Source: a virus. Taken from it: 64,000 nucleotides of DNA. The notes under the pieces are model-generated. The model had not been told where the DNA came from. It searched no databases and was given only the letters and a program-made list of their open reading frames with translations. A program made the translations under genes and the position numbers. The stretch is taken from positions 32,001-96,000 of the IMG/VR virus record IMGVR_UViG_3300037459_000160. One strand, 5' to 3'. Position 1 is the first letter of the stretch. Each line of letters starts with the position of its first letter. Shown one piece after another: positions 19,382 to 28,872 of this stretch.

Positions 19382-20617
19382 ATGTTGCCCGAGGGAATCC
19401 AACAGATCGAAGCCCGCGAAGTGTTGCGGACGTTGCCCGAGAACGTTACAGGTAAAAAGATTGCCTTACGTTTGACGGGTGGGGTTGGCGATGCTGTGAT
19501 TGCAATTGGGGGCGTTGCGTATGCGTTGCGTAAAGAGGATTGCCAAATTACGGCGGCCGTAATGCCTCACCAAATTCCGTTAATGTTGGAAATGGTGGGC
19601 GTTGATAAGGCAGTTGAGGGGAGATTACTTAACCGTCCCGACATTTGCCAAAAATACGATTCTATCGTTTCATTCTCGGGCGTGTTCAATTCCCATCGGG
19701 AGTTACGGGCGGGAGGGTATTACAACCTTGTGAGCGACCGTACGGGCCTCAGGGTGGGGCCCGGCAAGTTTGCCTTTGAGCCAATTGCTCAACCGCGTGC
19801 GAGCGAGCGTACGGGCGTTCTCGGTCGTATACCGTACAAAGTGCGACGGGTAGCGATGCACCCAGGTTCAAGTAACCCGAATCGTTGTTGGGTATCCGAG
19901 CGTTGGCGAGAGCTTGCGTATGAGTTGCGGGACCGAGGGTGTAAAATCCTTTGGTTAGGTACTCGCGATGAGATGGGGTTTAATGCCGAGGGTATTTCCA
20001 AGATGAGCGACGAAACCGAGGATTTGGTTTTACAAGCCGAAGTCCTCGGGAATTGCGATTACTTCATTGGCAACGATTCGGGTTTTGCTCACATTGCGGG
20101 CGTGTTGAATGTGCCCGGTCTTGTGCTGTTTTTTAGTACAGCGGCCGAGGATGTAATACACGCATACCCAAGATTGAAAGGTGTTGACGTTTACGAACGG
20201 TCAAACGTTAAGCCGAGCCGAAGTTTGAGCCAAGGTTGTAAGGTTGCCGAGGTAGCACAACAGGCGATGAGTGTTGCCGATGTTTTGAAGGCAACGGGCC
20301 TTTATTCGGTTTCCCCGAAACGCGGTTCGCGTACGGAGGGTAAAGCCGTGGCAATAAAACTCGCGATTCTCGGGCAACCCGAAAATCCAACTTTAACCTT
20401 GTTGCGGGATTTCCTTATCAAGCACAATTACGAAGTGAAGCTATTGAGAAACGCCCCGACGCATGGGATGGAATTCGATTGTTTTATTTTATTGACCGGC
20501 AGCCGGTGCCGTTTGCAGGTAAAGGGTACGAGTGTTGCCGTTGATATCTCCAACCTTGAGAACGTTAGGCGAGCAATTCGCGAGTTGCTCCTAAGGGGCG
20601 ATGATGAGCAAACTTAA
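19382..20617 (+). CDS. GT9 (ADP-heptose heptosyltransferase-like) glycosyltransferase
   Basis: GGVGDAV, HPGSS...RCW, FIGNDSGFAHIAG. Confidence 0.9.
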   Translation: MLPEGIQQIEAREVLRTLPENVTGKKIALRLTGGVGDAVIAIGGVAYALRKEDCQITAAVMPHQIPLMLEMVGVDKAVEGRLLNRPDICQKYDSIVSFSGVFNSHRELRAGGYYNLVSDRTGLRVGPGKFAFEPIAQPRASERTGVLGRIPYKVRRVAMHPGSSNPNRCWVSERWRELAYELRDRGCKILWLGTRDEMGFNAEGISKMSDETEDLVLQAEVLGNCDYFIGNDSGFAHIAGVLNVPGLVLFFSTAAEDVIHAYPRLKGVDVYERSNVKPSRSLSQGCKVAEVAQQAMSVADVLKATGLYSVSPKRGSRTEGKAVAIKLAILGQPENPTLTLLRDFLIKHNYEVKLLRNAPTHGMEFDCFILLTGSRCRLQVKGTSVAVDISNLENVRRAIRELLLRGDDEQT

Positions 20618-21092
20618 AGATGCGATGCAAGCGATACGGGAAACGCCCCGATCGGCCATTGGGGATATTGAGGAATTAACGGGCCGGCTGGATGAGGCCG
20701 AGACCGCAAAGCGGCAAGCCTTTTTATTTTTGCGGGGCGTTATTGAGTTGGCCCCAGTGGCCATTATTGTTTGCGATTGTGAGGGGAAGTTTAAGGTTTG
20801 GAACGAAAAGGCAAATGAACTTGTTGGGGATAAGCCCAAAGACGTACCCCCCGAGTTTTGGCCCCAAGCGTACCAACTTTTTGACCCTTCCGACCATACG
20901 AAATTGATTGAAAAAGCCCCGCTAGCCGAGGCCCTTGAGACCGAGCGAGAGGTACACAAGTTTATGTGGATCGGTAATGGTTCCCGCCGATTGGTTGAGT
21001 GTGTTGCCCGGCCCGTTTATTGTATTCAAAGACTAATTGGGGCCGTGGTCTACTTCAAGGAATCGGAAACTCATGACCGACGATCCTTTTGA
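20601..21092 (+). CDS. stand-alone PAS domain protein with N-terminal coiled coil
   Basis: FLRGVIELAPVAIIVCDCEGKFKVWNEKANELVG...IGAVVYF PAS signature. Confidence 0.8.
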   Translation: MMSKLKDAMQAIRETPRSAIGDIEELTGRLDEAETAKRQAFLFLRGVIELAPVAIIVCDCEGKFKVWNEKANELVGDKPKDVPPEFWPQAYQLFDPSDHTKLIEKAPLAEALETEREVHKFMWIGNGSRRLVECVARPVYCIQRLIGAVVYFKESETHDRRSF

Positions 21093-21351
21093 CTTGGAAG
21101 ATTCCGTACCGATTCGCGAGGGAATGGTTGGCGATAAAAGTTGGCAGGAATACCGGCGATTGATTTTATTTGAGTTGAAACGCCAACACAACAAACAAGA
21201 GGCCCTTGATACGGCGGTACAAGCAATCAACCAATCGCTCACCGTTTTGAAAACCAAAGCCGCTATGTGGGGAGCCTTGGCCGGCTTGTTAGTCGGTACC
21301 GTGGTTACGATCGTTGGCGGCCTAGTAATTCACACATTGACGACCCATTAA
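21073..21351 (+). CDS. holin-like membrane protein (coiled coil + single C-terminal TM)
   Basis: LKTKAAMWGALAGLLVGTVVTIVGGLVI. Confidence 0.55.
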   Translation: MTDDPFDLEDSVPIREGMVGDKSWQEYRRLILFELKRQHNKQEALDTAVQAINQSLTVLKTKAAMWGALAGLLVGTVVTIVGGLVIHTLTTH

Positions 21352-21363
21352 GGGAGAAAACAA

Positions 21364-21663
21364 ATGGTTGCAACAGCCGGCACCGCCGTAACCCTAGCGG
21401 CGAGCCCCGCACAAACTCAATTTTTTGATGACCCGGTTGGAGCAACCGAGGTTTTCGTTAAGAATGTGGGGGCGAACGTGGCCGAAATTCACGTACCGGG
21501 CTTGCACGCGGACGGGGATTTTTTCCCGATTGCGGTTGGGGCCGATTGTATTTTCCGGCTTGACCATATGGGTATTCGGAAAATATTTGGCCGAGGCGTT
21601 GGCGGTACAACCGATGTTGACTTTGGCGTTAAGTCTAAGACGTTCCCACACGGTACTAATTAA
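21364..21663 (+). CDS. putative minor virion protein
   Basis: GGGAG RBS; beta-rich; morphogenesis region. Confidence 0.6.
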   Translation: MVATAGTAVTLAASPAQTQFFDDPVGATEVFVKNVGANVAEIHVPGLHADGDFFPIAVGADCIFRLDHMGIRKIFGRGVGGTTDVDFGVKSKTFPHGTN

Positions 21664-21673
21664 GAGTGCGGCA

Positions 21674-22027
21674 ATGGTTTTTGTACCGACAACAAACCTA
21701 TTTCCGCGAACCTCAATTTTGGAATACGGTGCAACGGGAAGTGTTGCGGATAACACATTAACAACCGTTTTATCGTTTACCGTTTTGGGTTCGCCCGCGT
21801 TTATTGACGCGATACACGCCGGGGGCAATTTGCCCGCGTGCTTTTCTCTCATTGTGAACACGATTCTAAAACTTGACTTTCAAAATTCCCATACGGAGCG
21901 AACCAAAGCCATAACATTGCCAGCCCCTCAACGTTTTGCGGTTGGCGATGTTGTGGATATTAAGGTTGAACATTTTCAGGTAGGGAAAAGCGGGATCTTT
22001 ACGGCAACCATTTTTGGGCATCGGTAA
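21674..22027 (+). CDS. putative minor virion protein
   Basis: ATG 21674; beta-sandwich-like composition. Confidence 0.6.
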   Translation: MVFVPTTNLFPRTSILEYGATGSVADNTLTTVLSFTVLGSPAFIDAIHAGGNLPACFSLIVNTILKLDFQNSHTERTKAITLPAPQRFAVGDVVDIKVEHFQVGKSGIFTATIFGHR

Positions 22028-22029
22028 TC

Positions 22030-22341
22030 ATGGGCGATTTGGTACGGGCTGGCTTTCGGGCCGATATAATTCAAGCAAACCCCGATTTGTATTTGAGGCA
22101 CGCTAAAATACAACTCAATGAAAAGGATTCGCAAGTTGCATCGTTGAACGCTCGCATTTTGGCAATGGAAACCGTTGAGCTTGAAAAACTTAGGTTGCAA
22201 CTTTCGGTGTTTGAAAAGGAACAACAGGAATTACGGGAACAAGTACGGAGTATTGCAACGGAGTATGCAAGTGAACTTGCCGGGCTTGAGTCCGGTGTTG
22301 TTGATGCCGAATTCACCGTGAAACCCGATTCAAAAGGATAA
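22030..22341 (+). CDS. coiled-coil hypothetical protein
   Basis: 103 aa, heptad repeats. Confidence 0.65.
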   Translation: MGDLVRAGFRADIIQANPDLYLRHAKIQLNEKDSQVASLNARILAMETVELEKLRLQLSVFEKEQQELREQVRSIATEYASELAGLESGVVDAEFTVKPDSKG

Positions 22342-22347
22342 TCTCAA

Positions 22348-23328
22348 ATGTCAGATTTTGATTCCGCACAACCTGTTAGGCTTAATGACGGTACTAACGA
22401 TTTCGGTTTTGTTATCGGTACCCCGTTTTTCGTGACCATTGCGGACGCGGGCGGGGATCAAATCGAAATTGACGCGAGCGGCCAACTTGGCGTTGTAATC
22501 GGCTCGGGGCCGGCCGACATTGGAAAGGCCGAGGATTCGGTACACGTAACCGGCGATGTTGGCGTTGGCCTGTTGGCGGTTCGCCAAAGTGTCCAAGCCG
22601 ATTTGGCCCCCGATGGGGATTACACGTTTCCCACAATCGACGACTCGGGAGGGCTTCGCGTTTCCATCGTTGCGGGGAGTGCGGGGGGAGCCTCGGCCGT
22701 TGATGATTCGGTGTTTACGATTGGCGTTGATAACGTGGCCCCGGCCGGTTATCTGGCCGATGAGACCGCGACCGATTCGGTTGATGAGGGCGACGTCGGG
22801 TTGGCCCGGATGACCCTTGACCGAAAGGTTTTGCATGTTCTTGTTGACCCGACAACCGATGCCAACCGGGCAGCGATTGACGCGAACGGGAGCCAACAAG
22901 TTTTGCTTTTCGGCTCACTTGATCCGACTTCGGTTAATGCCGATGATAACCCGATTTTCGTTCAAGTGGTGACCGGGGCGACAAGCTCAACGGAAATCAA
23001 CGACTTTAACCAAGCGGTGGGCGTTGCCGCGATGGGTGGAACGGCCACGCACGCATTGCCTGTATCGGCAGCCTCAACGCTTCTATTGCGTTCGGTTATC
23101 TTTGCGGGTTCGGGCTCGGGTAAGGTTGAGATTGCCCTTGGGCCGTTGGCGAGCGAGGTTACAAAGGCGGTTGCGTTCATTTCCTCGGCCAACCCGACGC
23201 GGCAAGTATTCTTTGATCCGCCGATTGAGCTTGTCTTTGCGTCCGATGAGCAAGTTTTGTTGACGGTAACCAACCGCGATAACCAAGCCCAAGACCTTTA
23301 CACAACGATTATCGGGGATGAAATTTAA
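22348..23328 (+). CDS. acidic virion structural protein (fibre/decoration-like)
   Basis: 326 aa, Asp/Gly/Ala-rich, repeated IDAxG.L.V turns. Confidence 0.7.
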   Translation: MSDFDSAQPVRLNDGTNDFGFVIGTPFFVTIADAGGDQIEIDASGQLGVVIGSGPADIGKAEDSVHVTGDVGVGLLAVRQSVQADLAPDGDYTFPTIDDSGGLRVSIVAGSAGGASAVDDSVFTIGVDNVAPAGYLADETATDSVDEGDVGLARMTLDRKVLHVLVDPTTDANRAAIDANGSQQVLLFGSLDPTSVNADDNPIFVQVVTGATSSTEINDFNQAVGVAAMGGTATHALPVSAASTLLLRSVIFAGSGSGKVEIALGPLASEVTKAVAFISSANPTRQVFFDPPIELVFASDEQVLLTVTNRDNQAQDLYTTIIGDEI

Positions 23329-23337
23329 GCCCCTCAA

Positions 23338-23353
23338 GTGAACCCGGTTTCAC
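23338..23353 (+). promoter_or_regulatory. dispersed 16-bp motif copy 4
   Basis: exact copy 9 nt after the 23328 stop. Confidence 0.85.
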
Positions 23354-23375
23354 AGTAAACGAAGTAAGGAAAGAA

Positions 23376-23555
23376 ATGAGTACAGGAAACGAAAACGAAA
23401 AGGGAACCCCCGAGTCTAGAGTAAATTCGATTGAGTTAAAGCCGGGGAACGAATTGATTGTTTTAATTCGGCTTGTGGAGCAACTCAATGCGAATGTTGT
23501 CGGGCTCCAAACGATTCTTTCCGAGTTTATCGGGGAGTTGAGAAATCCTAAATGA
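23376..23555 (+). CDS. 59-aa hypothetical protein (absent from ORF track)
   Basis: AAGGA RBS, MSTGNENEKG...LRNPK*, ATGA overlap with the 23552 gene. Confidence 0.65.
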   Translation: MSTGNENEKGTPESRVNSIELKPGNELIVLIRLVEQLNANVVGLQTILSEFIGELRNPK

Positions 23556-24049
23556 GCGATATTGACAATCACGATTTTGATATTGCGATACGGGCCCCTG
23601 ATTCGCCCTCGGGTTCCGTTTTCGGTATTATCGGCCGCGTTGACGATCGGTTAAAGGTTGATGTTGGGGAATCGGGCCCGTTAATCACGATTCCCGGCCT
23701 TGTTGCATTAACGAGCAGAATACGGGAATACGATAGGGATACGCATACCTCGGCGAGTACCCCAAAAACGCTTGTTTCGTTTACCGTACCCGTTGATGAG
23801 GTACTTGAGCTTTTTCATTGGCACGCGGCAGCCGAGGGGGCATCGTACCTTGTATCGTTTCAACTTGACGGGGTAGAATTTGACGCGATTCGGGCGGTAT
23901 CTGCAAACGATGCGGGCCGAATTGAGGTTGAGTACACGGCGGCCCCGGTTCAAGCCGTGGCGGGCGAGGTTGTGAGTATTGAATTGTTGGAAGTTGCCAA
24001 CAACAAAGAAATCATCGTAGGTTTTAATGGGATTGTATTTGACGCATGA
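23552..24049 (+). CDS. putative virion protein
   Basis: 165 aa, beta-rich. Confidence 0.65.
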   Translation: MSDIDNHDFDIAIRAPDSPSGSVFGIIGRVDDRLKVDVGESGPLITIPGLVALTSRIREYDRDTHTSASTPKTLVSFTVPVDEVLELFHWHAAAEGASYLVSFQLDGVEFDAIRAVSANDAGRIEVEYTAAPVQAVAGEVVSIELLEVANNKEIIVGFNGIVFDA

Positions 24050-24699
24050 GCCGACGAACAAAAGAAATGGATTGGGCCACGTTCAAAACCCGCGTTGACG
24101 CGGGCGGGTTGCGAGTGGAATACGACGTTATCAAACGAAATTTGGGCGGGAGCGAACAAGAGTTTTACGACATTTGGGCGGGGGATCAACTTACAATTTT
24201 CACTTGTGGGATTAAGAAAGAAAATCCCACGGTTGACCCGAGCGACCAAAAGGTATTTGAGGATGATTATTTGCCGATGGCAAATACCGTAAATCCTCTC
24301 ACGGTTGACCCGATAGCCGGTAGCACGGTAATCCTAGATGGGGATGCGGTAAGCGGCAGCATACCCAAGGGCTCGGCGGTTGATATTGACTTTGGGCCGA
24401 TCGGCGAGCAACGGTTACTCAAGGGCGGGCACTTGATAACCGATAAATCGGTAATGGGCGATTGGGTCAAATTCCAGGTAATCGACATTGACGACGTTTT
24501 GGGGCAAGGGGCCGGTTTCGTGGTTGCCACGTTTATTAAAAAGTGGTTTGTACCCCCCACGGGCATGATTCAATTTGAGACCCCGCAAGCCTCAAAAATC
24601 TTTGCCGGGCTTTACATTCGTTGTACTTATACATCGGTTGGAACGGTGAATAATGTAACGGCGGGAATCAATTATCTCTTACTCAAACAATTGAGCTAG
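24046..24699 (+). CDS. putative virion protein
   Basis: 217 aa, ATGA coupling. Confidence 0.65.
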   Translation: MSRRTKEMDWATFKTRVDAGGLRVEYDVIKRNLGGSEQEFYDIWAGDQLTIFTCGIKKENPTVDPSDQKVFEDDYLPMANTVNPLTVDPIAGSTVILDGDAVSGSIPKGSAVDIDFGPIGEQRLLKGGHLITDKSVMGDWVKFQVIDIDDVLGQGAGFVVATFIKKWFVPPTGMIQFETPQASKIFAGLYIRCTYTSVGTVNNVTAGINYLLLKQLS

Positions 24700-24701
24700 G
24701 C

Positions 24702-25232
24702 ATGTTGCCGGTTGTTACTAGATTTTGTACGGGTGCGAATCTTGCCGCTACATTGCAGCGGTTAAGCGATGATTTTTATTGGAATCCAACGGCGGTTGCT
24801 TTCCAAGTGGCCCCGGCGTACGCGGATAAGAAAATTGCGTTGGCCGAGGGAGCGGCCGAGAATCTTGAGAGTTACACGGCTTCGGTTGCCAGCCTCGGTA
24901 ATGCGGGCCGGTTGCTCGTTAGGGTACACGATGAGGATAACGCCAACCTTTGCATCGGTACGGCTCATACGGGCGTTCTCAATGGCGAGGAAGTACAAGA
25001 CGTTGGAATAGTTGACGAACACTTGAGGCGAGACCAGAGCCTAGTTCCGGCCCCCGTGGGTACCGATCGAACGCCTAACAACGCCAATCGGAAACTCACC
25101 AACCGCGTTAAGATTGATGAGGGAGCCGGCAAGCTAACGGTTTATGAGGAAGATGATACAACGACTGCCTTTGAGCAAACCATTACGACCGATCCAAACG
25201 CGGAACCTTTGACCGAAGTTGACACGATATGA
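24702..25232 (+). CDS. putative virion protein
   Basis: 176 aa; C-terminal NRVKID...LTVYEEDDTT. Confidence 0.65.
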   Translation: MLPVVTRFCTGANLAATLQRLSDDFYWNPTAVAFQVAPAYADKKIALAEGAAENLESYTASVASLGNAGRLLVRVHDEDNANLCIGTAHTGVLNGEEVQDVGIVDEHLRRDQSLVPAPVGTDRTPNNANRKLTNRVKIDEGAGKLTVYEEDDTTTAFEQTITTDPNAEPLTEVDTI

Positions 25233-25501
25233 GCGGCCGAGCCCGGTTTTTGCTGTTGGGTTGGTTAAACGCTCCCCCCGTGGAACGGGGTACGGCTTGC
25301 GGAACAATCACAATAAAGAGAGTCGGCGGGGGAATTACTTTGACACAACCGGGCGGCCGAATTGATTTACGGCCAAGGATTGGCGGGGAGTTGGAAGCTA
25401 TTCGCAAGGAATCCCGCGTTGGTGGCGATGTAACAATACAATCCCGCATTGGTGGAACCGTTCACATAAGAAAATGTGAGGAATCGGATACGTGCGAGTA
25501 A
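25229..25501 (+). CDS. small Gly/Arg repeat protein
   Basis: repeated RxGGxxxI units. Confidence 0.5.
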   Translation: MSGRARFLLLGWLNAPPVERGTACGTITIKRVGGGITLTQPGGRIDLRPRIGGELEAIRKESRVGGDVTIQSRIGGTVHIRKCEESDTCE

Positions 25502-25505
25502 GCCC

Positions 25506-25820
25506 ATGAGCCTAACAATTACAATTGACGAAGATAATTTAATCGAGTGGGATCAAATGACCGATTCCGCCGATGGTTCGTTTATTAACTCGGCAACTGT
25601 TGATTGGGAGTTAAAGGAAAAGGATGATACCGTTTTGTTCTCGGGTACCCTTGCATTCGTTGTGGCCTCGGATGGGAAATACCAAGGCACGATGGATAAG
25701 GCCGATACGGTGAACCTTGAGCGGGGCGAGAAATACTTTTTGGAACTAACCGCAACATTCGGGGGCCTTGATGGGTTCCGCCGAATTATGTGCATCGCAC
25801 AATTTCACGGCGAGGTTTAA
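25506..25820 (+). CDS. Ig-like virion protein
   Basis: ATG 25506; GKYQ..G.KY.LE pattern. Confidence 0.55.
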   Translation: MSLTITIDEDNLIEWDQMTDSADGSFINSATVDWELKEKDDTVLFSGTLAFVVASDGKYQGTMDKADTVNLERGEKYFLELTATFGGLDGFRRIMCIAQFHGEV

Positions 25821-25821
25821 C

Positions 25822-26541
25822 GTGGGAAATTACATAACAGCCGATGAGGTAAAGTGTAAAAAAATTGGCGGTGTTGTTGTCGAGCAAGTAAAACTTTACA
25901 CCGATGCCGAGATTGAGGAAGAAATTGCATTTATTGAGCAATGGATTGAATTGATTACGGGCGACATTTTTTATACGAAAATCGAAACCAATGAATTTGA
26001 TGGGAATGGATTAACGCGGTTGTTTTTTCCGCCCGATATTCCGTACCAAGTCCAGATTGAGAACATTACCAGCGTTAAGGATTTTGATACTGACGGGCTG
26101 TTGCTTGATACCTTTATTGAGGGTGAGGATTTCGTACCTCGGGAATTCTTCCTTGAGATTGCGTTGAGCTTTCCCGAGGATACGCCGAGACGGGGAATTT
26201 TACGCGGTGGGGTTTGGCCTCGCGGTCAAAAGAATATCCACATTGAGGCGAGTTGGGGCCTTGAGGAAACGCCCGGTACGATCAAAAAGGCGGCTTGTTT
26301 GTTGGTTCTTGAAAAGCTCATACCCGGTTCAACCGGAATGGCCCCCCAGGATGTAATTCAAGCCGTATGGCCTGATTTCACGATTTCGTATAAGAGCGAA
26401 AAAGCCTTTGGAATGACAACAGGTTTTGCCGAGGTTGATCGGCTGTTGATGTTGCACTTGAATCATTCAAGCCTTTTTCTTGTTGTGCCGGATACAAAGC
26501 AAACGTACGACAACAATTTGTTTGGCACGACTAACAGGTAA
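25822..26541 (+). CDS. head-tail connector/adaptor
   Basis: GTG start; YIT.DEV, IE.ITG, FDGNG, WPRGQKNI.IE..WG..ETP..IKKA. Confidence 0.75.
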   Translation: MGNYITADEVKCKKIGGVVVEQVKLYTDAEIEEEIAFIEQWIELITGDIFYTKIETNEFDGNGLTRLFFPPDIPYQVQIENITSVKDFDTDGLLLDTFIEGEDFVPREFFLEIALSFPEDTPRRGILRGGVWPRGQKNIHIEASWGLEETPGTIKKAACLLVLEKLIPGSTGMAPQDVIQAVWPDFTISYKSEKAFGMTTGFAEVDRLLMLHLNHSSLFLVVPDTKQTYDNNLFGTTNR

Positions 26542-26544
26542 AAA

Positions 26545-26949
26545 ATGTTAAGCCGAATTCCTATAATTGGGCTTGCCCACCTTGTTAACATTACGCGAAA
26601 GCGAGACGTTGACGACGGGGCGGGCGGTATTGATGCCGGTGAGCCGCTTACGGTGTACGCCAATCAACGGGGCCGCATTGCCGCGATGACCGATGAGGAT
26701 GAGCAATTACGTTTTGGGAATGTAACCGGGCAGCGTTGGAGCGTGGTAATGATTTACTCGCCCGATATTAAACGCCAAGACTTTTTGAGCCTTTCGCCGG
26801 CAAGTATTGAGGCACCTATTGATAGGTGCAACCCCGATAATGGCAAGGTTCAAGAGTACCGAATAAATTACGTGAAAAAGCAGATTGACGACGGGGGAGC
26901 GATGCACCATACGAGTTTGGTTATTGAGCTTGAGGATCAAAACACGTAA
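26545..26949 (+). CDS. head closure (stopper) protein
   Basis: position; DDGAGG, HH near C-terminus. Confidence 0.65.
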   Translation: MLSRIPIIGLAHLVNITRKRDVDDGAGGIDAGEPLTVYANQRGRIAAMTDEDEQLRFGNVTGQRWSVVMIYSPDIKRQDFLSLSPASIEAPIDRCNPDNGKVQEYRINYVKKQIDDGGAMHHTSLVIELEDQNT

Positions 26950-27455
26950 TGGCAAAATTAACGGTTCGGGTAAGCGGTCTCAGGAAAATAGACCAAAAGA
27001 TTATTACTATGGTGAAAGTTGCCCCGGTACTTTCCGCCAAGGTAATGTTTACGTCTGCCCATCGGATAACGATTCCGGCGATTAAAGCCCGGCTCAAGTC
27101 ACAACGTAATGTGTTTCGCGGCGATCTAGTACAAAGGCAAGCGGCCCGAACGGGGATTGAGGGTGGGAAACCGTTCATTGAGATTGGAGCCCTTGGGGTA
27201 CCTTACGGCCTCGCGGTTGAAAAGGGCCAAGGCCCGCACAAACCCAACTCAAAAAAGATTCTTGAATACGCACGAAAGAAAATGGGATTGACCAAGGGAG
27301 CGTTCGCGGTTGCGGCAGCAATCATTAAGACGCTACAAACCACGGGATCAAGGCCCCACCCGTATTTGGTTCCGACTTGGTTAGTAACACGGGATGCCTT
27401 TTTCAAAGATTGGCTCGCCCGCATGAAAATACAGTTTAAGAAGTTGGGTATCTAA
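26949..27455 (+). CDS. HK97 gp10-like neck/tail completion protein
   Basis: basic; PYGLAVEKG..PH, G.RPHPYL.P. Confidence 0.75.
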   Translation: MAKLTVRVSGLRKIDQKIITMVKVAPVLSAKVMFTSAHRITIPAIKARLKSQRNVFRGDLVQRQAARTGIEGGKPFIEIGALGVPYGLAVEKGQGPHKPNSKKILEYARKKMGLTKGAFAVAAAIIKTLQTTGSRPHPYLVPTWLVTRDAFFKDWLARMKIQFKKLGI

Positions 27456-27456
27456 A

Positions 27457-27957
27457 ATGGCCGAAGGCCAAGAAAATCTCAATCAAGCAATCGTTGAAAA
27501 GTTGCGGGCCGATACCGTCGCAACTATCGGCCTTGTTGCGTTGACAGGGCACGACCAAAGCAAGGCAGAGGGTTTCCGCATTGCACGACAAACACCCCCC
27601 GTTAAAAGCCGATTGCCGTTCTTAGGTGTTTCAATCTTTACAAGTATTCCGTTGATGGATTCGGACGTTTCGCAACTCCAACGAGCCCGCGTACATTTTC
27701 GTTGTTATGGGGCTAAGGAATTGCCAGCGATCAAACTAGCCGATAGAATGGAGCACTTGTTACACGGTAGGGCCGAGGATGTAAGCGTTGGAACGAATCG
27801 GGGTTATTATGATTTTTCCAACAGCGAAGTAAGTACACGAAGTACGAGATTTAAGAATCGAGATTTACCGGATTTCGATGATGACGTTGATGCGTGGAAC
27901 GTGCTCGTTGAGGCCGATTTGGTCTGGATTGATGAGCCCGGTTGCACGCAACCGTAA
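27457..27957 (+). CDS. tail terminator protein
   Basis: position before tail tube; AI..KL.AD, LADRM..LLH. Confidence 0.65.
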   Translation: MAEGQENLNQAIVEKLRADTVATIGLVALTGHDQSKAEGFRIARQTPPVKSRLPFLGVSIFTSIPLMDSDVSQLQRARVHFRCYGAKELPAIKLADRMEHLLHGRAEDVSVGTNRGYYDFSNSEVSTRSTRFKNRDLPDFDDDVDAWNVLVEADLVWIDEPGCTQP

Positions 27958-27984
27958 CCCCGATTCAAGAGGGAGTGTATTTCT

Positions 27985-28482
27985 ATGGCTGGCAATGCCG
28001 ACAATATTTTGATCGGTGCGGCCCAAGTGGACATTGACGGTACAGATGTCGGATTTACCAAGGGTGGTACCACGGTTCGGTACGAGCCCGAGTTTATCGA
28101 CGTTATGGCCGATCAAGCCGTTGGAGTGGTTCGCAAGGCGAGAAGTTTGGAGCGAATGTTTGTAACGACGACTTTGCTTGAGGTGACCCTTGAGCAAATT
28201 CGTTTGTCATTCATGCAACCCGCAACGCATCTTGTGGGCGGGAGTGTGTTGACATTGGGTTACAACGATTCGTGTTTTGTGGATGAGCTTGCCATTGTGC
28301 TAACGGGCCCCGGCCCCGGTACGGGCGGCTTGTGTGGTACCCGCGTTTGGACGTTCCCGAAATGTATTTCGTTCGGGACAAAAGAGGTTGCCATGACCCG
28401 CGAGGAAGAAACCTCATTTGAGGTTGAATTTGAAATCCTCAAGGACGCAAACGGCAACTTTGGTACCGTTGTTGACCAGTAG
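27985..28482 (+). CDS. major tail tube protein
   Basis: NILIGAA....G.DVGFTKGG..VRYEP, L.E.TLE, VEFE.L.D. Confidence 0.8.
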   Translation: MAGNADNILIGAAQVDIDGTDVGFTKGGTTVRYEPEFIDVMADQAVGVVRKARSLERMFVTTTLLEVTLEQIRLSFMQPATHLVGGSVLTLGYNDSCFVDELAIVLTGPGPGTGGLCGTRVWTFPKCISFGTKEVAMTREEETSFEVEFEILKDANGNFGTVVDQ

Positions 28483-28559
28483 CAAACCGTAAGGCGTTTA
28501 CCCGCGTTTTGCGTTTTGTTCGTAATTTCATACCCGATGTAAAGGGGGTGGAAAATCTC

Positions 28560-28802
28560 ATGGCGAGTAGTGAGTTAGGGAGTGAGGTTTTGGCCGAACT
28601 TCAAACCAAGGGAATTGATACGCCCGAGGAGGTTGCCGATTTTCGGATACCCGGCGAAAGGCGAGACAACGCAACCTCGCCAACGGCCGGGGATATGTTT
28701 GATGTACTCGGCAACATTCAAGACAATCGCGGGCAGTATTGGGTAAGCCGTAAACGGGTTCGCCATGATGCCTTGCGATTGCAACTTGAAGGCCAATTGT
28801 AA
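28560..28802 (+). CDS. hypothetical protein
   Basis: ATG 28560 after GGGGTGG. Confidence 0.6.
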   Translation: MASSELGSEVLAELQTKGIDTPEEVADFRIPGERRDNATSPTAGDMFDVLGNIQDNRGQYWVSRKRVRHDALRLQLEGQL

Positions 28803-28844
28803 GTGGCCGGGTAGTGAACCCGGTTTCACTTGTTTTCGTTTTTT
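28801..28844 (+). terminator. terminator-like hairpin containing 16-bp motif copy 5 (28814-28829)
   Basis: AAGTG-GCCGGGT-agtga-ACCCGGT-tt-CACTT then T-rich tract. Confidence 0.7.
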
Positions 28845-28872
28845 GGTCCCAAAATTCAAGGGAGTTTAAGCA

